NCBI GenBank assembly: GCA_018648645.1
Contig: JABGQS010000011.1
Location: 1,328 to 65,327, forward strand
From: Clostridia bacterium
Lineage (GTDB): Bacteria; Bacillota; Clostridia; Christensenellales; SZUA-584
Direction of reading: 5' to 3'
Length of the DNA stretch: 64,000 bases
Position 1 is the stretch's first letter. Each line of letters opens with the position of its first letter. Shown here piece by piece: positions 19,582 through 28,635 of this stretch. Under the pieces are notes generated by a model, which saw only the letters and a program-made list of their open reading frames with translations, did not search any database and was not told where the DNA came from. Position numbers and translations under genes: made by a program.

Positions 19582-20661
19582 CTAAAATATTACCTCGTCT
19601 ATCACACCGCCGCCAAGGCACTCGTCTTCCATATAAAGCACGGCATACTGTCCGGGCGTTACCGCGCGTTGGCGCTCACTAAATTCGATCAGCTCACCCT
19701 CACCGCTTGGCGAGACCGTCACCTTTTGGTCGGGCTGGCGATATCTGAACTTCGCCATGCACTCAAAGCTGCCGCTCGGGCGCCCCGCGATATAGTTCAT
19801 TCCAACGGCTTTGCACGCTTTGCTGAACAGCCTCTGCGTTTCGCCCTGCTCGACGATAAGCACGTTGTTTTTCACGTCCTTGTCCACCACGAACCAACGC
19901 TCGCCCGTGCCGTCATTTCGCCCGCCGATATCAAGCCCCCTGCGCTGACCGAGTGTGTAATATATAACGCCTTGATGCTGACCAACAACTTTGCCTTCCG
20001 GTGTTTTAATGTCACCGCGCTGCGCAGGCAAAAAGCCTTGCAAGAAATCTCGGAACTTCCTTTCGCCGATGAAGCATATACCGGTAGAGTCTTTCTTTTG
20101 CGCCACGTTCAGGTCGAGTTCCATTGCTATCTTTCTCACATCCGACTTTTGCATATTGCCGATTGGGAACATCGAACCGCTCAATTGTTCCTGAGTCAGC
20201 ATGCACAAAAAGTACGTTTGATCCTTCGATAAGTCCGCCGCTTTGAGAAGATGCTTATCTGCTTCGCCACTTAGCCGCGCGTAATGCCCTGTCGCCAAAT
20301 GCGCCGCGCCCATCATTTTTGCGTAATCGAGAAACGCCGCAAACTTGATCTCGGCGTTGCACAGCACATCGGGGTTGGGCGTTCTGCCCCGCTTATACTC
20401 GCTCAAAAAATATGTAAACACACGGTCGTAGTATTCCTGCTCGAAGTTGACTGTATAATAAGGTATGTCAATTTTGCCGCATACGCTTTTGACATCTTCG
20501 TAGTCTTCTGCTGCGTTGCAGCCCAGCCCGTCGTCCTGCCAGTTTTTCATAAACACGCCGATAACGTCGTATCCATCTTTTTTAAGCACGTGCGCCGCCA
20601 CTGCCGAGTCTACCCCGCCCGACATACCGCAGACAACACGCACTTTCTTGTTCTCTCTCAA
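19582..20661 (-). CDS. mnmA: tRNA 2-thiouridine(34) synthase MnmA
   Basis: PP-loop 'VVCGMSGGVDSAVAA' and 'DQTYFL' motifs. Length 359 aa. Confidence 0.95.
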   Translation of the reverse strand: MRENKKVRVVCGMSGGVDSAVAAHVLKKDGYDVIGVFMKNWQDDGLGCNAAEDYEDVKSVCGKIDIPYYTVNFEQEYYDRVFTYFLSEYKRGRTPNPDVLCNAEIKFAAFLDYAKMMGAAHLATGHYARLSGEADKHLLKAADLSKDQTYFLCMLTQEQLSGSMFPIGNMQKSDVRKIAMELDLNVAQKKDSTGICFIGERKFRDFLQGFLPAQRGDIKTPEGKVVGQHQGVIYYTLGQRRGLDIGGRNDGTGERWFVVDKDVKNNVLIVEQGETQRLFSKACKAVGMNYIAGRPSGSFECMAKFRYRQPDQKVTVSPSGEGELIEFSERQRAVTPGQYAVLYMEDECLGGGVIDEVIF

Positions 20662-20749
20662 AATTCACCTCTACATCACAATTGCTTTCTTCATTATACT
20701 TTTTGGCGTTTTTATTTGCAAGCGTGATTGCGCATGATATAATAACGAC

Positions 20750-21544
20750 ATGAAAAAATCCGTAGTTGCAATATCCTTAATACTGGTCGCGCTGGCATTG
20801 CTGTGGTTCTACTTCCCGCTGCGCAGTCTGGTTGTGATGAGCTATTATTCAAACGACCACGCAAAGCAAAGCGTGATGCGCCAAAACGAGTTTGAGATCG
20901 ACATACCGTCCGGTCGTGGCTGGTATCCTTTTGTGATGACATACAACGCAAGCGGGTTTACTTCGTTCTCTAAGCAGGGTGCCAAGATGTCGATCATGTA
21001 CAACTTCGGCGCGTTTGACTTTACCAAAAGAACGTCGTCGCTGTACGACAAGCAGAGCGACAAATACTCTTCGTTCTACGGCGCGTATGTTGTGCAGGAG
21101 GATGGCGGCGTTTTCGGGTTTGACGATGATGGAAGTATCGACCTTAGTGAAGTCAGCCTCGCGGTAGAGTACGACTATACAAAGCTCGTTATCCGCGATT
21201 TTGGGTGTGATAACCAAACGTTTGAAATTGGCGACTTTGTGATTGAGGAAGATGTTGCGTATGCCGGCTCAACCGGCTGGACGCGCATAGACGCGGTGAT
21301 GGTCAGCAACGGCGCTGCGCACAACTACGATGGATATATGCTGCCTTATCTGCAATACGGCAGACCTATGGATACGGTTGAAATTGACTTTGAAGTGACT
21401 ACACTTTTCGGCAGGGTGTATGCCAAGTACTTCAGCGAGTACGACTGCACAGTTATGATTTATGTAATCGCGCCTACCATCGACGCTGCAAATGCGTGCG
21501 ACTCAAATATCCTAAATAAAACTACAATTGCTCAGCTAGATTAG
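20750..21544 (+). CDS. Hypothetical N-terminally anchored protein
   Basis: ORF with one N-terminal TM or signal helix. No family recognised. Confidence 0.55.
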   Translation: MKKSVVAISLILVALALLWFYFPLRSLVVMSYYSNDHAKQSVMRQNEFEIDIPSGRGWYPFVMTYNASGFTSFSKQGAKMSIMYNFGAFDFTKRTSSLYDKQSDKYSSFYGAYVVQEDGGVFGFDDDGSIDLSEVSLAVEYDYTKLVIRDFGCDNQTFEIGDFVIEEDVAYAGSTGWTRIDAVMVSNGAAHNYDGYMLPYLQYGRPMDTVEIDFEVTTLFGRVYAKYFSEYDCTVMIYVIAPTIDAANACDSNILNKTTIAQLD

Positions 21545-21590
21545 CTCCGCTAAATTAGCACCGCTAAATTAGCTCCGCTACCTTAGCAAT
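21541..21590. repeat. Tandem 14-bp repeat (three full units and a partial one) across two convergent gene ends
   Basis: ttagctccgctaaa / ttagcaccgctaaa / ttagctccgctacc / ttagcaat. Confidence 0.8.
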
Positions 21591-21974
21591 GGCGCTGTCG
21601 ATCAGCTCTTTGGCGTCAAGCCTGCTTGTGCCCGCAATCGTTATGCTGCATTTCGAAATGGGTATGAGGACTTTTGCAGCGCTGCTTTCAGCAATCGCCC
21701 TCGCCATCGCGGGCGTAATCTCACCAAGCATACCGCTCGCCGCAATAATGCCAACGCCGCCTATGATTATGTCGCAGGTTTTTACATTGAATGTAATCGC
21801 GTTCTCACCGGTTGCGCAGTCTTTTGCACCGCTTTTTTTCATGGCGGATGTAGCAACCACGTTTGTTCCAAGCGCAAGTATGTCAATGCGTCCCTCGTAT
21901 TTTTCGCAGAGCTTTTTGACAACCGCCGCGCCTAGCCCGCCGCCCTGCGCATCTATCACAACAACTTTTTTCAT
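21564..21974 (-). CDS. DUF3842-like small protein
   Basis: 'MKKVVVIDAQGGGLGAAVVKKL' N-terminus, typical of this family as I recall it. Confidence 0.6.
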   Translation of the reverse strand: MKKVVVIDAQGGGLGAAVVKKLCEKYEGRIDILALGTNVVATSAMKKSGAKDCATGENAITFNVKTCDIIIGGVGIIAASGMLGEITPAMARAIAESSAAKVLIPISKCSITIAGTSRLDAKELIDSAIAKVAELI

Positions 21975-22115
21975 ATATGTCTACCTCTTTGGATGCATTA
22001 TATCGCATTTGCCGACTAGGAGCAACATATTAGCAAAAGCGTATTTGATGTTGACGCACACAATATCATAGTTTAAAATATAACAATATCACTATTATCG
22101 GTAAAGGTGGACTAC

Positions 22116-22976
22116 ATGAGGAAATCGGTTTTTGTACTACTTGTCATAACACTCGTCATCGCAATGGGCGCCTGCGCGCTTATTGATTCTGTTTCCAGTG
22201 CCGAGGCAGCGCAAGAGGTTGAGGTCGTTATCATTACGCCCACACCCGAACCGACACCGGAGCCAACGCCCTCGCCTTCGCCAACGCCGGTGCCGACACC
22301 AATAAAAACAACAGAGCCGGAGCCAACACCAACGCCGACACCGTTTAGCTATTATGCACCAACAACGGCTATGACGTTTGAAGAGCTGGTTGGCGACAAC
22401 GGTATTCGCGACCCTTATCCAAAGCCACCGCCGCCGGACACATATTACGTAGTCATAAACGTCAAGTACCAGCTTGTGCTTGTGTACGAGAAGGACGAGG
22501 ACGGCGAGTATACCAAGCCGGTGCGGTACATGAGCTGCTCGAGCGGCGCAGAGCGCTCACCCACTAAGCTGGGCAGCTATGAGCTGGAGGGCAGACACGT
22601 GCGCTTTGGTCACTTTGTAAACTTCAATCAATACGGACAATACTGGACGCGTATATTCGGCAGGACATATTTCCACTCGCTTTTGTACACGAAACGACAC
22701 GCGCAATACTATATCGAGGAAACCTATGAGGATATGGGCTCGCAAGCTTCGCACGCGTGCATCCGGCTTTATGTGCCCGATGCCATGTGGATTACCTATT
22801 ATATTGCTCCGGGAACAAGAGTTGACGTTATTGCGGGCGAGGAAGACGAGCAAATACAGGCCATCAAAGACCAAATGATTTTCCCGCCGCTGCCCGAAGA
22901 GCGCCCCGTACTAAACCCCGGCGAAGTGCCGATTAGCGAGCCGCTGTACACACCCGCACCCAAAGAGGAGGAGTAG
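22116..22976 (+). CDS. L,D-transpeptidase (YkuD domain) lipoprotein with a Pro/Thr-rich linker
   Basis: Catalytic 'SHACIRL' motif, lipobox 'AMGAC', linker 'TPTPEPTPEPTPSPSPTPVPTP'. ORF open from GTG 22107. Confidence 0.85.
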   Translation: MRKSVFVLLVITLVIAMGACALIDSVSSAEAAQEVEVVIITPTPEPTPEPTPSPSPTPVPTPIKTTEPEPTPTPTPFSYYAPTTAMTFEELVGDNGIRDPYPKPPPPDTYYVVINVKYQLVLVYEKDEDGEYTKPVRYMSCSSGAERSPTKLGSYELEGRHVRFGHFVNFNQYGQYWTRIFGRTYFHSLLYTKRHAQYYIEETYEDMGSQASHACIRLYVPDAMWITYYIAPGTRVDVIAGEEDEQIQAIKDQMIFPPLPEERPVLNPGEVPISEPLYTPAPKEEE

Positions 22977-23123
22977 CTTTACTTTGCTCAATTTCCAATC
23001 ATCAACATAAAAACCCTTGCAGACAAAGTTTTGCTTTTATTAAACGCGAACTTACGCTATAATATACAATGACTTAATGTGGACAAAATCTTAGGATTTT
23101 AATTTTATATAGGAGGAAATATT

Positions 23124-24053
23124 ATGCCATTAGTAACATCAACGCAAATGTTCAAGAAAGCTTACGAGGGCGGTTACGCAATCGGCGCTTTCAACGTAAA
23201 CAACATGGAGATTATCCAAGGAATCACAGAGGCTGCTCAGGAGCTTAACGCACCGCTGATTCTGCAGGTATCAAAAGGCGCAAGAGCGTATGCAAACGCA
23301 ACGTATCTTCGAAAGCTGGTTGACGCAGCACTGGAAGAAACAGGTCTGCCAATTTGTCTGCACCTTGACCACGGCGACACATTCGAAACTTGCAAGTCTT
23401 GCATCGACGGCGGGTTCACGTCTGTCATGATAGACGGCAGCCACCACAGTTTTGAAGACAACATCAAAGAGACTAAGAGAGTTGTGCAGTACGCGCACGA
23501 CCACGGCGTTGTAGTAGAAGCCGAGCTTGGAAGACTTGCAGGCGTTGAAGACGACATCAGCGTTTCTGCTGAAGACTCTTCATACACGCGCCCGGAAGAA
23601 GTTGAAGAGTTCGTCAGCAAAACAGGCGTTGACTCACTCGCAATCGCTATCGGAACAAGCCACGGTGCTTTCAAGTTCACGTCCGAGCCGTCACTGCGGT
23701 TCGACATTCTCGAAGAAGTGCAGAGAAAGCTTCCCGGATTCCCAATCGTTCTTCACGGCGCGTCCAGCGTTATTCCTGAGTTCGTGCAGATGATAAACGA
23801 ATACGGCGGCAGCATGCCCGGAGCTATGGGTGTTCCCGAAGATATGCTTCGCCAAGCTGCAAAAAGCTCAGTGTGCAAAATCAACATCGACAGCGACCTG
23901 CGTTTGGCAATGACGGGCACAATCCGCAAGTACTTTGCAGAAAACCCGGGACACTTTGACCCAAGACAGTATCTAAGCCCGGCTAGAGCGGCTATCAAAG
24001 GCCTCGTTATGAACAAGCTGACCAACGTGCTTGGCTGTGACGGTAAAGCGTAA
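23124..24053 (+). CDS. fba: Class II fructose-1,6-bisphosphate aldolase
   Basis: 'AFNVNNME', 'LHLDHG' and 'VLHGASSV' motifs. GGAGG ribosome-binding site. Confidence 0.95.
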   Translation: MPLVTSTQMFKKAYEGGYAIGAFNVNNMEIIQGITEAAQELNAPLILQVSKGARAYANATYLRKLVDAALEETGLPICLHLDHGDTFETCKSCIDGGFTSVMIDGSHHSFEDNIKETKRVVQYAHDHGVVVEAELGRLAGVEDDISVSAEDSSYTRPEEVEEFVSKTGVDSLAIAIGTSHGAFKFTSEPSLRFDILEEVQRKLPGFPIVLHGASSVIPEFVQMINEYGGSMPGAMGVPEDMLRQAAKSSVCKINIDSDLRLAMTGTIRKYFAENPGHFDPRQYLSPARAAIKGLVMNKLTNVLGCDGKA

Positions 24054-24066
24054 CCAATAATAAATC

Positions 24067-24104
24067 ATCCGGTGTTTGCGGTTTTGCGAGCGCCGGATTT
24101 TTTA
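24067..24104 (+). terminator. Rho-independent terminator after fba
   Basis: atccggtg...cgccggat stem followed by tttttt. Confidence 0.65.
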
Positions 24105-24119
24105 CTTTTAGGAGCTTTT

Positions 24120-25034
24120 ATGAAAAAACTATATTTAATTCTCGCCCTTCTTATTGTCGCCGCGGCGCTTGGCGGCTGCTCGCTTCTTGGCATCGGTGGG
24201 CAAGAACCCGAAACCGAACCGAGCTCTATCATAAACGGCACAACAACGGGCAACATCATAAACTATGGGTTTGGCGTACAGTACGGCGACGAGCTGATTT
24301 TCACGTACACCGGCGAGGGCGTGTACCCTGTCGGCAGCATCGTGCGCAGCAACCCCGAGACCGGGCAGAACAGCATGGTTCTGGAAGAGGGCGGGCTATA
24401 CATGAGCATCGTTGGCGATACTCTGTACTATTGCACACCACAAGGCGTTTATAAAACAGCGCTCGTTGACCCGAGGCCATCACTTGTACTCGATAAAAAT
24501 GTTGCGCAACTGCAAATTGCCAATGATAACATGTTCTACATCGAAGACGGCGCGATTGACAGCAGCACGATTGACGGCGATCCGCGCGGGTTTTCGCGAA
24601 TTGAGAACGCGAGCTGGCTAAACGTTTACGAGCAGAATCTTTACTATGTAAACACGCAAGACGGATATATCTACAGCGCTAACACGGACGGCACGGACGC
24701 CAAAGTGTTCTTGGAGCAAAGCGTAAGCATGCTGCAAATCGACAACGGCAACGCGTATTTTATCGACAGCGTCACCGGGTATATCCACAGCATACCGTCC
24801 GGCACGAAAGAAGTGCAGACGGTTGTGGAGTTTGCGTGCTCCGGCTTTAACGTGAACAGTAACAACTTGTACTATACGCGTAACATCAACGGCATAGGCA
24901 CCTGCTGCCTCTCTCGCCCGAACGGCAGCGATGAGGAAATCCTCTCCGACTTCGGCGACAGCGATTGGCACATTGTCAGCATGTGGAACGACGGCGCAAT
25001 TATCGTGCGCATCGAGGACTTGCCCGGGTTATAA
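24120..25034 (+). CDS. Lipoprotein with DUF5050-like beta-propeller repeats
   Basis: Lipobox 'ALGGC'. Recurring '..LYY/..FYI/..YFI' blade-like repeats. ORF open from 24072. Confidence 0.65.
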   Translation: MKKLYLILALLIVAAALGGCSLLGIGGQEPETEPSSIINGTTTGNIINYGFGVQYGDELIFTYTGEGVYPVGSIVRSNPETGQNSMVLEEGGLYMSIVGDTLYYCTPQGVYKTALVDPRPSLVLDKNVAQLQIANDNMFYIEDGAIDSSTIDGDPRGFSRIENASWLNVYEQNLYYVNTQDGYIYSANTDGTDAKVFLEQSVSMLQIDNGNAYFIDSVTGYIHSIPSGTKEVQTVVEFACSGFNVNSNNLYYTRNINGIGTCCLSRPNGSDEEILSDFGDSDWHIVSMWNDGAIIVRIEDLPGL

Positions 25035-25089
25035 GACGGCGAGGCAGGCGTTTCTCGAAAAGAGGTTACAAGTGAAAATTACCGAAACC

Positions 25090-26220
25090 ATGACATCCCG
25101 ACAGCGCGTATTAGGAGCCATCAATCACGAGCCTGTCGACCGAATGCCGATTGATCTTGGCGGCACTATAGCGACGGGAATCAGCGCGTTTGCTTATCAC
25201 AATCTGCTCCGGTATCTTGGGCTTGCTACCGACAACATACGCATCAACGACATGATGAAAGTCTTTTTGGCATACGTAGACGAAGACATACGCCGGCGTT
25301 TCCATTGCGACTGCATTGCGCTTAACCCCGGCTGGGCATCCACAGCAAAGTGGAACCCGCGCGGCAAATACAGCTTTATCATTCCAACGAATGCAAACCC
25401 GCAGTTGACGAATGACAGGTCGTGGGTTGTCGAGCACGGCGAGCGAAAAATGGCCATGCGCGAGGGTAGCTACTACTTTGACGGTTTGCTGCCCGATTTG
25501 CATAGGATCGGTGAAGACGCGCTGATTGAGAAAACGGCAAGACATGCCGAACAGCTTTATAAAGAAACCGACTACTATATTATACTGCAAGACTTCCCCG
25601 GCTATTTCAGCGTAGAGCCCAAATGGCTTTGCGACATGCTGACCGACCCGGAGAAAATCAAAGCACAAAACGAACTGCTTTTGGAGTCTTCAATCAGCAA
25701 AGTCAAGAAAGTTATCAGCAGCATGGGCGGATACGTCCAGTCGGTGCACATGGCTAACGATATGGGAATACAGACAGGTCCTTGGTGCAGCCTCTCCGCC
25801 TACGAGGATGTGGTGCTGCCCTACTATAAACGATTTTGCAGCTTTGTGCACGAAAACAGCGACCTCAAAGTGCACCTGCACTCCTGCGGGTCTATCAAGC
25901 CGCTTATACCGCACCTTATCGATTGCGGAATAGACGTGCTCGACCCTGTGCAGATTTCTGCGCAGAACATGAACCCCACGGAGCTAAAGCGCGAATTCGG
26001 CGACAAAATATGCTTTTGGGGCGGCGGCTGCGACACGCAGAATGTGCTCGGCACGGGGACTGCCGACGAGGTGTCACGAAACGCAGCCGAGCTGATCGGC
26101 ACATTCAAACCAAATTCGGGATACGTGTTCAGCCAAGTGCATAATATAATGGGCAACGTGCCGCCGGAGAACATCGTGGCGATGCTCGATACCGCTTATG
26201 AGATAAGCAGTTATGCGTAA
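25090..26220 (+). CDS. Uroporphyrinogen decarboxylase (URO-D) family protein
   Basis: 'RQRVLGAINHEPVDRMPIDLGG' N-terminus and 'HSCGSI...LIDCGIDVLDPVQ' TIM-barrel core. ORF open from 24931. Confidence 0.75.
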   Translation: MTSRQRVLGAINHEPVDRMPIDLGGTIATGISAFAYHNLLRYLGLATDNIRINDMMKVFLAYVDEDIRRRFHCDCIALNPGWASTAKWNPRGKYSFIIPTNANPQLTNDRSWVVEHGERKMAMREGSYYFDGLLPDLHRIGEDALIEKTARHAEQLYKETDYYIILQDFPGYFSVEPKWLCDMLTDPEKIKAQNELLLESSISKVKKVISSMGGYVQSVHMANDMGIQTGPWCSLSAYEDVVLPYYKRFCSFVHENSDLKVHLHSCGSIKPLIPHLIDCGIDVLDPVQISAQNMNPTELKREFGDKICFWGGGCDTQNVLGTGTADEVSRNAAELIGTFKPNSGYVFSQVHNIMGNVPPENIVAMLDTAYEISSYA

Positions 26221-26294
26221 AAAATGAATAACACTTGCATTTTTGAGCTTTTGTGTTTACAATGTACAGGTAAATAAACAACGGAGGTAAAACC

Positions 26295-26465
26295 ATGGCA
26301 TATGTAATTAATGACGATTGTATTTCATGCGGTGCTTGCGAGAGCGAATGCCCGTCAAACTCAATTTCTGAAGGTGATGACAAATATGTTATCGATGCAA
26401 AAACTTGCACCGACTGTGGCGACTGCGTAGACAGCTGCCCAACAGACGCTATCTCACCCGGATGA
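26295..26465 (+). CDS. 2x[4Fe-4S] ferredoxin (56 aa; below the ORF-track cutoff)
   Basis: Translates to MAYVINDDCISCGACESECPSNSISEGDDKYVIDAKTCTDCGDCVDSCPTDAISPG, with two CxxCxxCxxxCP motifs. GGAGG ribosome-binding site at 26283-26287. A terminator follows. Confidence 0.88.
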   Translation: MAYVINDDCISCGACESECPSNSISEGDDKYVIDAKTCTDCGDCVDSCPTDAISPG

Positions 26466-26477
26466 TGCAACTTTAAG

Positions 26478-26507
26478 AAAGGGCCGATTATTCGGTCTTT
26501 TTTTGTT
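26478..26507 (+). terminator. Terminator after the ferredoxin gene
   Basis: ggccga-ttat-tcggtc hairpin followed by ttttttt. Confidence 0.6.
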
Positions 26508-26616
26508 TGCAAAACTTTGTGTCTGCGCTCTCCCAGCTCGTTGACAGCGCGCGCAAAGCAATGGTATATTTGAGCTAATACAAATCGACAGGGCACTAAC
26601 GAAGGAGCATCATTTA

Positions 26617-27774
26617 ATGAAAAACGCAGTAATGTACGGCGCGGGCAACATAGGCAGAGGGTTTATCGGAAAGGTTTTTTCTGAATCCGGCATGGATGTT
26701 GTGTTTATCGACGTTGTGCAAGAAGTCATCGACAAGCTGAACGAGGAGAATGAGTATCCCGTAAGGCTCGTGTCCAACGAAATCGACAGCGAAGTCATCG
26801 TAAAAAACGCAAGCGCTGTAAGTGGGTTTGACCAAAGCGCAGTGACAGAGGCGATCATAAACGCGGACATTATGGCGACCGCCGTCGGCGTGAATATACT
26901 ACCGCGCATTGTTGACAACATCGCCGCGGGGCTTGACGCGCGCGCACAAGCAGGCAAACCGCCATTTGACATCATAATCTGCGAAAACTTGATAGACGCG
27001 GACAAGTACCTTCGCGGTATGTTGGAGGAAAAGGTGCTGCCCGAAACGAGAGAGTATCTCAGCGACAGCGTCGGGCTGGTCGAAGCGTCCATCGGGCGCA
27101 TGGTGCCTGTGATGACGGACGAGATGCGCGGAGACAATATACTGCGCGTGGTCGTAGAGCCGTACGAAGAGCTTCCTGTCGACAAGGACGCGTTCAGAGG
27201 ACAGATTCCGCCGCTCAATAACTTAGTGCCGTTTTCACCGTTTGGTTTCTATATTCGCCGCAAGCTGTTTGTGCACAACATGGGGCACGCGATATGTGCA
27301 TACTTTGGCTGGATGAAAGGCTACGAGTTTGTGTATGAGTCGGCAGAAGACGAGGAAATTGCAAGCAAGGCAAAGGCCGCAATGCTCGACGCCGCTGCCG
27401 CTCTCAGCAAAGGTTACGGCATTCCATTCGAGGAGATCGAAGCCAACGTTTATGACCTTATACGCCGCTTTGGCAACCGAGTGCTCAAAGACACCAACGC
27501 TAGAGTCGGTGGAGACCCGATAAGAAAACTCAAGAGTATCGACAGGCTGGCAGGCTCGGCGCTGTATTGCATAGAGCAGGGGCTCGGCGCAGATAACATC
27601 ATATCAGCAATCGCAGCGGGCTACTGCTTCGACAACCCCGAAGATACTTCGGCAATCGAGATACAGCAGTTTATCGCCGAGAACGGTATAGAGGAAGCTG
27701 TCAGGAAATACAGCGGTATAGACGGAGAGTTGCTTTCAAAGGTTGTTGACGAATACAGAAAGCTGAGGTCATAG
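26617..27774 (+). CDS. mtlD: Mannitol-1-phosphate 5-dehydrogenase
   Basis: 'MKNAVMYGAGNIGRGFIG' Rossmann N-terminus and 'HNMGHA' region. Length 385 aa. Confidence 0.88.
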   Translation: MKNAVMYGAGNIGRGFIGKVFSESGMDVVFIDVVQEVIDKLNEENEYPVRLVSNEIDSEVIVKNASAVSGFDQSAVTEAIINADIMATAVGVNILPRIVDNIAAGLDARAQAGKPPFDIIICENLIDADKYLRGMLEEKVLPETREYLSDSVGLVEASIGRMVPVMTDEMRGDNILRVVVEPYEELPVDKDAFRGQIPPLNNLVPFSPFGFYIRRKLFVHNMGHAICAYFGWMKGYEFVYESAEDEEIASKAKAAMLDAAAALSKGYGIPFEEIEANVYDLIRRFGNRVLKDTNARVGGDPIRKLKSIDRLAGSALYCIEQGLGADNIISAIAAGYCFDNPEDTSAIEIQQFIAENGIEEAVRKYSGIDGELLSKVVDEYRKLRS

Positions 27775-27776
27775 CA

Positions 27777-28157
27777 GTGGGTTTCGTATTTGTAGGAGCA
27801 GGCGCGTTTTTTGGCGCATGCGCACGGTACGGGCTTAGCAAATTAAGCACGCTGGTCTTCGGTAGCGCGTTTCCTCTCGGCACACTGCTTTCCAACGTAA
27901 TCGCGGGAATCCTGATTGGATTCATCATCACATCGTCCGGCGCGCGTTGGCACCTTGCCGAAAACCACAAGCTGTTTTTGACCGTCGGACTGCTGGGCGG
28001 ACTCTCAACCATGTCGGCGTTCAGCATGGAGACTGTGCAGATGTTCGGGGGCGGGCAGACTTGGCTGGCCATCGCCAACATGGTGCTCAACCTGTCGCTC
28101 AGCATAGGCGGCGTACTTCTCGGCATGTGGATAGCAAACATGGTTTACGCGAAGTAA
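27777..28157 (+). CDS. crcB: Fluoride ion channel CrcB/FluC
   Basis: 'GACARY', 'GTLLSNVIAG' and 'GLLGGLSTMSAF' motifs. Four TM helices, 126 aa. Confidence 0.9.
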   Translation: MGFVFVGAGAFFGACARYGLSKLSTLVFGSAFPLGTLLSNVIAGILIGFIITSSGARWHLAENHKLFLTVGLLGGLSTMSAFSMETVQMFGGGQTWLAIANMVLNLSLSIGGVLLGMWIANMVYAK

Positions 28158-28206
28158 ACCGCCATTGCTCAAGCGCACACAAACATGATATAATACGATA
28201 ACCCTT

Positions 28207-28280
28207 GCGGGTGTAGCTCAGTGGTAGAGCTCCAGCTTCCCAAGCTGGCCATGTGAGTTCGATTCTCATCACCCGCTCCA
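28207..28280 (+). tRNA. tRNA-Gly (anticodon CCC)
   Basis: GCGGGTG/CACCCGC acceptor stem, GCTC/GAGC D-stem, CCAGC-TTCCCAA-GCTGG anticodon arm, GTGAG-TTCGATT-CTCAT T-arm, encoded CCA. Confidence 0.92.
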
Positions 28281-28540
28281 AACAGAAAAGCATCAGGCTT
28301 GTCCTGGTGCTTTTCTGTTTGGAATGTAATCGAGAGAATCGAACGTGAGCGTTAAGAAAACGTGCCAGTGGCACGTTTTTAGCGAGGCAGCCGTGATAGC
28401 AGGCTGCAAGCCTGCGGAGCGATTCTCATCACCCGCTCCAAAATATAAAGTCATCACGTTAGTGGTGGCTTTTTGTTTTGGAATGAGATTTAAGGGAATC
28501 GAACGTGAGCGTTAAACAAACGTGCCACTGGCGCGTCAGT
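28261..28540 (+). repeat. Tandem duplication with a period of about 160 bp; each unit starts with the tRNA-Gly 3' end
   Basis: gattctcatcacccgctccaaa occurs at 28261-28282 and 28421-28442. ggaatg..gaatcgaacgtgagcgttaa.aaacgtgcca.tggc.cgt occurs at 28321-28376 and 28480-28536. Each copy carries a long hairpin. Confidence 0.8.
28357..28380 (+). terminator. Rho-independent terminator in repeat unit 1 (decayed in unit 2)
   Basis: aaaacgtgcc-agt-ggcacgtttt, followed by t. Confidence 0.6.
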
Positions 28541-28635
28541 GACTATTTAAATTTCGATAGCCATATTTAACCTTTTGGGTTGACATCTACTGCAATTTTT
28601 GAGATAATAATTCCAAATTTCAATCTGGAGGATTT

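Noticed and set aside
22234-22345. Short periodic repeats (also at 55868-55975 and 56665-56775) as possible CRISPR or non-coding tandem arrays
   Set aside because: They are in-frame Pro/Thr/Glu linker-coding repeats inside ORFs. There are no spacers and no cas genes.
26129-26596. 155-aa minus-strand ORF downstream of the URO-D gene
   Set aside because: It overlaps a textbook ferredoxin gene on the + strand that has a ribosome-binding site and terminator. The minus ORF has neither motifs nor signals.
27700-27780. Fluoride riboswitch upstream of crcB
   Set aside because: Only 2 nt separate mtlD and crcB, so no leader exists in which a riboswitch could reside.
28381-28440. A second functional tRNA (Cys-like GCA anticodon loop)
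   Set aside because: It is only about 60 nt long with no D-arm, an imperfect acceptor stem (5 of 7 pairs) and no proper T-stem. It was kept only as a relic in the findings.
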